Source of the DNA: Octopus sinensis | Taxonomy: Eukaryota | NCBI RefSeq assembly: GCF_006345805.1 | Contig: NC_042998.1 | Location: 148,428,001-148,492,000, forward strand | DNA length: 64,000 nt | Reading direction: 5' to 3' | Shown here: one piece after another, positions 54,983-64,000 of the stretch | Position numbering within the stretch: position 1 is the first letter of the stretch | Layout of the letters: every line of letters starts with the position of its first letter | The notes under the pieces: generated by a model | What the model was told of the DNA's origin: nothing | The model's input: the letters and a program-made list of their open reading frames with translations, nothing else | Database searches by the model: none | Translations under genes and position numbers: made by a program

Positions 54983-55649
54983 TACATACATATATGATAG
55001 CATAATTTGATTCATTTATATAAGTGTACTTGCATGCATACATACTCAAATACACAAATATATGCTCACATATATAGAGATACATACACACATGCGCACA
55101 TACATGCTAATACACATAAATATGCTATACTCATGTACGAATAAACAAGTTTATATGGTTATTATTTTTATCTATTGTTCAAAAGGGAACACAGTGTCCG
55201 TGTTCTTTTAGACTGGTGAGTGGATAGTTGGGTGGGAAAGCAGAAGACCTGGGTCCACTAAAGCACCCAAGGTACTAGGTGATGCTGTTAAAACAGTTTG
55301 TCTTTCAAGTAAAACAAAGCAGGATATGAGCTCAGAACGCAAAGAGCTGAAACAAATATTCTGAAAACCTTCCACTCCAAAATTCGTAGAATTTCGCCCA
55401 CTGGATTACTGTATTCTAATATTTTCGATACAATGAACAGTGAAGTTGAATTTTGCAGGACTGGAATTTAGACGGCAGAGAGTCAGATCAATGGTACGAG
55501 GTTTTCTACGTGATGGTCTAGCGACTGGGCCAATTCCGAGTTTCTTTTTATCATTTTTTTACCTTTTTACTTCACTCTCCCTTCTACCCAATCTGTATCT
55601 CAACTTCCTCTCATGCAAACACCAACATGCAACACACACACACACACAC

Positions 55650-56000
55650 ACACACACAAGCAAATACACACATTCATACTCGCGCGTCCACAGAAGTATA
55701 CGCATTCTCATACACAGACATGCATACTATACGTACAAATACATGCACATACGCATACCTATGCATACAGATACGCTCATTCACACACACACACACATGC
55801 ACACGCACATGCACACACACACACACACACACAACACACACACACACACACAAGCAAATACACACATTCATACTCGCGCGTCCACAGAAGTATACGCATT
55901 CTCATACACAGACATGCATACTATACGTACAAATACATGCACATACGCATACCTATGCATACAGATACGCTCATTCACACACACACATGCACACGCACAT

Positions 56001-56035
<35 letters not shown>
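55650..56035. repeat. Tandem duplication (about 194-bp period) of a cryptic CA-rich segment
   Basis: CAAGCAAATACACACATTCATACTCGCGCGTCCACAGAAG at 55657 and 55851. Confidence 0.9.
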
Positions 56036-56036
<1 letters not shown>

Positions 56037-56912
56037 CACACATATATATCCGCTCAAACACGGTTATATACACAAATGTTTTCCTATTCTCGTATACAGA
56101 CGCCACGCAAAAGCCTCGCCTATATTTGTTTTACCATTTCTATCTTTCGTCTGCCCGTCTGTCTGACTGTCTGTGACTCTGTCTGCCTGTGTGTCTAACC
56201 TGTCTGTCTGTTTGTGTGTCAGTCTCTGTCTGTATGTCTCACTCTCTCAAACACGAGCATGAATACGTCCATCATTATGACTTATACAAACAAGCTATCT
56301 GTCTTAAATCTCTTCTCTTTCTCTGTCTTTAGCCCATGTTTACAGATAAGAAATATTAACAAACAAGCACAAACACACACACACACACACATACACACAC
56401 ACACACACACACACATACACGCACACACAGATACACACGCGCACACATGCACGCTCTCACACTTAAGTCACATATATGTACACGTTCGCACATAACTTTT
56501 ATCTTTTCGACTGATCAACATACAAATCCTATTACTTTCGTCGTCGCACACAAATACTATAAACACACAAACACAGATGCACATACATACATGCACACAC
56601 GTATGATACATATACATACATTCACACACACACATATAAATGTATATATACATATGCATATATATATATATATTTATATATTTGTGCGTATATATATATA
56701 TATATATACATACATATATATATATATATTAAAATGAAACATATATACTATATATACTATATATACTATATATACTATATATACTATATACAATAGACAT
56801 ATAAACACTCCATAAATTAAAACATCATCCACACGTATAAACACACACACATATATATACACACAGATATATATATAACTACACGCACATACACATGCAC
56901 ACACACACACAG

Positions 56913-56947
<35 letters not shown>

Positions 56948-56985
56948 CAAAAACATACGTATACATACACACACACATACACACC

Positions 56986-57016
<31 letters not shown>

Positions 57017-59094
57017 ATGCACACATATGCCACCTCATTATCCCCACTGGACAAACTCCAGTGCGCACATAAAACTCTTGAACATATTCACACCCATCCA
57101 TACACACAAATGCGCATACACATACATACATGCATACACACAAATACGCACATACACACATACGTACATGCATATACATACACACAAATACACATGAACA
57201 CATACATGCCTACATGCATGCATGCATACATACATACATATATACATACATACTCACAAATACGCATACATAATTGCACACATGCATACACACAAATACG
57301 CACATACTCACATATGCACACATATACACACAAACATGCATGCACACATACATACATGCACACATATATATATACACAAATATTCATGCAAGCACGCACA
57401 TATGCACATAAGCACATATATATACAAACAAAAACGCATGCATACACATATGCAGTTGTACATGCATACACACAAATACGCGTACATACATGCGCACATT
57501 CATACACACATACGCACATACACACGCATACATACAAATACGTCTACGCCCATACACAGATACACATACATATACACAAATATTCATAAACACGCACATA
57601 GGCAACATATACGCATACATATACAGTATCTCACCGTCCAGGTTGTTCACAACCTCTTTATCTTCAGAGGAAAAGTGGAAATAGGTGTGTGATATGGAGG
57701 GAGAGATAAAAAGACTGAGAAAGAAAAGAAAAAGAGGAAGAAAGAGAACGATAGGGAGAGAAAGAAAGAAAAGAAACAAGCAAAGATTACGTCTTTGTCG
57801 CCATTGGACTCGATCTTTTTGATTCACACACACACATGCACACATTGACAAATACATGCACATACACATAATCATATACAGACATACACACACACGAATT
57901 TTAACTATAGAGAAAGACTTACGTGACATAGCCTCCATAGGTGATAGAATTAAAAATTTACCAACCTGAAAGATTCTTTTTCTTCTCCCTCCTCCGACTT
58001 CCCTGCTTGTCGATGCTGTTGTTTTTGTTGTTGCTGTTGTTCTCCATCTTATTGTTCTTTGCTTTTACTTTTTCTCCTCTCGTTCTCCTCTTCTTTCTCC
58101 TTACTCTTCTTGATAAATACTCCAAACCATTCAAAACCAAATCAAAAAATGAAGTCGAAGTATCTTCTAAATAAATAAATGAATAAATAAATAAATAAAT
58201 AAATCCATGTGGAATATAACAAGAAGCAGGAATTATTAATAGAGTTATTTGATCTTCGACCAGAATGGTTCACTCTAAATTCATGTTTATGGAATATGTG
58301 TTTTAGAAATACGTATATTTATTAGTAATATATTTCGCATCCATAGTATTAAGTATGACAATTTTCATCATACAAAACTTGCAATCCTTTTCATAAGTTT
58401 TTGATGCTTTTCATTCTTTCACTATTGTACGACAAATAATTACTGATGAAAAAAGATTCGCTCCTTCGTATAGTGACGATGTTTAAACTGACGGTGAGAA
58501 GAATTTAAGCTGCTGGTAACGAAAATGAGATAGACGACAACACAGTCAAGATGGTAGATAAAAAAAAAAAATGAGGCTGATAATAGTTTCGTTCCTTGAT
58601 ATAGTGACGATATTTAAATTGACGTCGAGAAAATTTAAGTTGACGACGAAAATGAGATAGATGACAGCACAATCGAGATGGCTGATAAGGGATTTGAGAG
58701 GAAACATTTTCCAAAGTATTGTTTTTCTGAAACGGTAGGAAAGGCAATTCAGAAACACTTGGCTGCTATATACAATTCAAGCGAATGCATAAGGGCTTCC
58801 TTGTTGGTTTGTTTGATAGTTGAGAATTTCGCAACATCACAATATAGTCTTTGGTTCTTTCCAAGGCTTTATTACGAAATTACTCTTGTGAAGCTACGGA
58901 ATCCAACATTTATCAACCCAGGGATAAAAATAATAAGAATGTCTTCCAAAAAGGGGATTCGATGTCAAAAAAAATGTTCGACACCAAACAAGACGTCTTA
59001 TTTACTCTTAAAATGGTTTTTTGCTCTCATCAAAGTTGAGAATTCTCATTAGACAATGGGATTCCTGGCAATCAGCAACACAAATAATATGAAT

Positions 59095-59465
59095 AAATAA
59101 AAAGATGTTGTGGGATTTTAACATTCAAACTGACAGAGTAATAGGAGCTAGAAGGCCTGATTTAGTAGTAGTAGATAAAAAGAAAAGAAAGTGCCAGATA
59201 GTTGACTTTACGGTCCCAAATGAGGAAAATTCAATATGAGAGGTAGTGTAAAAATAGCAAAATACCGGGACCTATCCATTGAATTACACAGACTATGGAA
59301 AGTGCGGGTAAAATATATTCCGGTAGTTATAGGTGCATTGGGAACTATCTCTAAAGATGTGAACAGATGGATAGAGGAAATAAGCATAAAACCCAGTTTA
59401 GTACAAATCCCGAAAACAGTATTAATGGGGAGAGCAAGGATACTTAGGAGGGTTCTTGCAAAGAT
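59095..59465 (+). pseudogene. R4/Dong-type LINE restriction-like endonuclease fragment
   Basis: KMLWDFNIQTDRVIGARRPDLVVVDKK...KYRDLSIELHRLWK...IPVVIGALG...RILRRVL. Confidence 0.88.
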
Positions 59466-59838
59466 TTGTAAGTTACATGCTACATCCGTGTGTTATTTGA
59501 TACTAACGCACGGACGTAGCGGGGGAACTTACAAAGATTTCTTATATCAGTTATGTGAATATCCTCTACTAATCAAAACCCATTCAAAATATATACTAAT
59601 TTGAGCTATCAACTTCCTATAAAAATAGGGCAAGCTTTACACGCTTGTCAGAAGCAAAACAGCTACGACATAAGCCACGTCTTTCTATTTTAAATATTTC
59701 AAAATCAGCGTAAACTGTGAAACCAGTTAATTCTTCAAAATGAAAAAAAAAATTTAACTATTCTCAGTGTATTTTCAACTTTTATTCTCCCTATATTTCT
59801 ACCGGTGTGGAATAAAACAACTATGTTATTTATATATA

Positions 59839-59879
<41 letters not shown>

Positions 59880-59949
59880 AAGTCTATTTCCAACTTAAAG
59901 CGGCAGTCCTGATTGAGGCGGTGTTACTACCTTTTATAACCCCAGGAAA

Positions 59950-61075
59950 ATATCTTTTCCAGCTGGCTAGACATGGCAGCACTCGGTCTCATACCAGTAT
60001 CATTCGTGCGCACCAGTATCATTCGTGATCTATTTTTTGCAGATGATGCGGCACTTGTAGCGACTTTCTTAGAGGAAGCTCAGGAGCTTCTAGATCGGTT
60101 TTCTGCTACCTTTGATTTGACCACCAGCATAAAGAAGACGGAGTTAATCCACCAATCTTGCCCTATACCTCACCAAATTCGATGAGTCAAACAGAGGCCA
60201 CCGGTTCACAATTTTCCTTACACTCCTATACAGGTTGATGGAAAAAACCTAAATTATGTGAAGTAATTTACATATCTTGGTAGTGAAGTGAATTCGAGCA
60301 CTTCCCTTGATGATGAAATGGTCAATCGTCTTGCAAAGGCAACCAACGCATTTGGCAAACTCTGTCATCGCCTATGGAATGAAAGGGGCATCAAACTTGA
60401 CACCAAAGTACAGTTCTATAAAGCTACCATTCTTACTATTCTCTTGTATGGCTCAGAATTGTAGATGCCATATAGATGACACATTAACCAACTAGACATC
60501 TTCCACGAAGACTGTCTGAGGACAATCTGCAGTTATTCACAAAAAGACAGAGATTCTAGTGCCGAATTGTTTAGCAAGAGTAAGATTGGTGGAATCAAGA
60601 GCTTCCTTATGCAACCACAATGGCGCTGGTCCGGCCATGTTGACAGAATGAGTGACGAAAGAATACTCAAAGTCCTCATGTACAGCCAGCCTAAGAGTGG
60701 GAACAGGAATATTGGTCGACCAGATATAAGGACAAGCTGAAGAGTAACCTCATAGAAATGAAGATAGCTCACAACACCTTTGAGCAAACAGCCTTGGGGC
60801 GAATAAAATGGAGATTGTTGTGTCAAAATAGTATTAGAAACTTAGTTGCAACCAGCATTAACAGGCTTCAGGATGCAAGGCAAAGGAGAAAAGCAGCTGT
60901 AAATATACCACCAACACTGACAGGTAATCATCATATTTGCAGGATATGTGGGTTTTTTGCAAATCATTGGCGGGACTTAAATGTCACATTCGACATAAGC
61001 ATTATGACTGACAAAGAAAGAGTACTTTGTCGGAGCCTCATACATCGAAACCGATGGGGGAATCTATCATATAGA
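59950..61075 (+). mobile_element. 5'-truncated RTE LINE of BovB-like type (RT 3' half to C-terminus), degenerate
   Basis: IRDLFFADDAALVA, TSIKKTE, FTYLGS, RLAKATNAFGKL, LLYGSE, WRWSGHVDRMSDERI, C-terminal CRICG...CHIRHKH. Confidence 0.88.
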
Positions 61076-61141
61076 TGTAGTTAAATAGACAGATATATAA
61101 GAATGTATATATATATATATATATGCACATGTATATATATA

Positions 61142-61174
<33 letters not shown>

Positions 61175-61298
61175 CATACATACATATATGTATGTATGTA
61201 TATATATGTATGCATGTATATTTACTTAAAAGTATTTAATTTATTATTAATGGTGTTTTCGTTAAATACATCCATTATATATATATGTATATATATGC

Positions 61299-61355
<57 letters not shown>

Positions 61356-61727
61356 GTATATCATTATGATTTATTATTGATGATGTTTTCGTCAAATACT
61401 ATACATAAATACATAATACATGCAACCATGCACACACACACGTATATGTATTGCTGTATGTATGTATGTGTGTATGTATCTGCGTCTGCATGTATGCACG
61501 TATGCATGCATGCATATATGTATGAATACACACACACAACTCACGCATATAAACACACCCACACACACACACGTGTGTGTATGTGTGTGTACAAACACAT
61601 ACATACAAACGTATGTATATTTGATTGTGTATGTATATATTGAACGAAAACACCAAAAATAATTTCTCGCTTTATTCCCGACAGACACAAACATACACAC
61701 ACGTGCGCTCGCACACACACGCACACT

Positions 61728-61771
<44 letters not shown>

Positions 61772-63164
61772 TACATACACACACTCATACACTCGCGCAT
61801 ACACGAATAAATATCAACCTTTTCCACCATCTTTAAATAAACGAAAAAATGCACACGCTAATGTTAATGAGACGCCGCTCCTGGAAACTTCACTACAGCT
61901 GTTGTTACTTGATGTAATGATGATATCAGTGTGGTGGTAGATGCGGTAGTACTGTTAGTAGAGGTGGTGGTGGTGGTGGTGATGAATGCGGTAGTGGTTG
62001 TGCTGGTGATGCTATTTGTAGTGCTGGCTGGAGTAATAGTAACGGTGCTGGCATTGTTGGCAGTGATGGTCATGGTGATGGTGGTGGTAGTATTGATGAA
62101 GGGATGATGATGATGATGATGATACGCAGTAACAAAAGTATAAATTATAGTGGTAGTCAATTCAAAATATTCCCTCATAACATTCACTGAATTTCTCTTC
62201 ATTATTTCATCTTCCATTCTTCTTTCTATTGAAACTTTCTTTCGTCTGCTTTCTGTTTTCATTAATCTGCTTTTAAAATTTTCCTTTTCGATTTCGTTTG
62301 TTTTTTGGTAGAAGTGGAGGACAAGAAACAATTTTTGTGTTCCCTTCATTCAATCCCTTCATTCGAGATCTTATCTTTCATTGTTGCAGTTGTTCATTTC
62401 GTCGTTTTTATCCTTACCTATTCATTCTTTACGAACACGTTTCCCTCGTTTTCTTATTTTCCTATCAAATCTTCAACTCTTTCCCCGTTACCTGTTTACC
62501 CTTATGTTTCCTTTCAGTCATATAATTTCTTCAACAAAATGAAAGTCGCTAAAGAAAGATAAATGTCATATTAACTGAAATAAATTCACGCGTCTACTTC
62601 ACGCATAATTTAAACAGGATTTTGTACTAAACATGGGTAAACGGAGCCAAGACAAAAATTCACGAATTATTCTCGGGAAATAATCAAAGATTGTTATTTG
62701 TTCCGAGTACAGCAAGATCTGGGACGATTATTTGCATATTATTCTTAGCACGTCTAAGCAGGTTCGGATACGAAATATGCTAATTGCTGTAGTGTAAGTC
62801 ATAGGAGAATAACTTCTGGCGTACGGAATTCTTGGACACCGGTTTCAATATGTCACATCACCTAGAATTATCCGGAACTCCGAGCCTAAACGAAGCTACT
62901 GGTTTTGCTTATATTTACAGCGAACAAATTGGTTGTTGACCAATGATTATATCTGCCAACTGATAAAATGTCGTTAATAACACCACGTATCGCGAGATCT
63001 AGAATGATTATTCGCATATTTATTGATGTTAGGAATTACTTTATATTAAATAAAATTAATGAAAATGATGTAAAATATAGTTCTGAGGGTGATAATATTA
63101 ATACGTACGAGATCCAATGGTCCTTCATATAGCACACGACCTCTAAAAGAATTTTTCCAGATGG

Positions 63165-63328
63165 GATGCGGGTAAAGTCGACCTCGGCGGAATTTGAACT
63201 CAAAACGTAAACTCGGGCGAAACACCGCTAAGCATGTTGCCCGGCGTACTAACAATTCTGTCAGCTCGCTGCCTTTGTAATAATGCTAATAATAATAATA
63301 ATAACAACAACAACAACAACACAACAAC

Positions 63329-63422
<94 letters not shown>

Positions 63423-63637
63423 TTGATGATGATGATGATGATTTCAAATTTTTGATCCAAGGGTAGCTTACGGAAGAGGATTAAGTCGATGTTTCATTGA
63501 TACTTAATTTATCGATCCCGAAAGGATGAAAGGTAAAGTCGACCTCAGTGGAATTTGAAATCTGAATGTAGCTTCGGGCGAAATACCGCTAAGCATTCCG
63601 TCCAGCGTGCTAACAATTCTGCCAGCTCGCTGCCTTT

Positions 63638-63692
<55 letters not shown>

Positions 63693-63915
63693 TAATAATA
63701 ATAATAATAATAATAGTGACAATAAGAATAATAATCCTTTCTACTAAAGGCACAATGCCTGAAATTTAGGGGGAGAGTACAAGTCTATTAAATCGAAAGA
63801 ATGAAAGGCAAAGTTGAACTCAGTGGAATTTAAACTCAGAACGTAAAGATGGACGAAATACCGCTAAGCATTTTACCCGGCGTGCTTATTATTCTGCCAG
63901 CTCACCGCCTTTGTA
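63165..63915 (-). mobile_element. Three successive same-orientation SINE family-2 copies separated by (TAA)n/(GAT)n
   Basis: Copies at about 63165-63275, 63495-63640 and 63735-63915, each ending gctc.c.gcctttgtaa. Confidence 0.88.
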
Positions 63916-64000
63916 ACAACAACAATAATAATAATTTCTTTTATTAGACACACGGGTTCAAATGAGAGTGACAGTAGCAAGTATGGGTTGTATTAGAACA

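Noticed and set aside
58678-59052. 124-aa non-repetitive ORF (MADKGFERKH...)
   Set aside because: No recognisable motifs or splice context; the length is compatible with chance.
62725-62740. Octamer ATTTGCAT
   Set aside because: A single 8-mer is expected by chance in 64 kb of AT-rich DNA, and no snRNA or PSE was seen nearby.

Overview
AT-rich, microsatellite-dense eukaryotic DNA. The SINE families and repeat landscape look like coleoid cephalopod (Octopus-like) genomic DNA; this is recall-based inference, not a database result. No host gene can be confirmed. Nearly all ORFs in the supplied track are low-complexity or tandem-repeat artefacts, or decayed transposon ORFs. Recognisable content: a decayed Penelope-like element (RT + GIY-YIG, about 9.5-11.7 kb); a near full-length but inactivated RTE LINE on the minus strand (about 29.8-36.9 kb) whose 3' UTR holds a 3.1-kb array of about 47 copies of a 67-bp hairpin-rich unit; two R4/Dong-type LINE 3' fragments; three other RTE fragments; a Tc1 element with long TIRs; two mariner relics; a mariner-type MITE; a non-autonomous Helitron; and many tRNA-derived SINEs. 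The most interesting signal is at 6.4-7.7 kb. Two short elements embedded in (TA)n, upstream of the Penelope-like element, each fold as a minimal type-I hammerhead ribozyme with a non-canonical core. One has a compensatory G3:C8 swap (GUGAACA instead of CUGANGA) and lies inside a 119-bp inverted repeat. A weak candidate signal-peptide ORF or exon chain is also noted.
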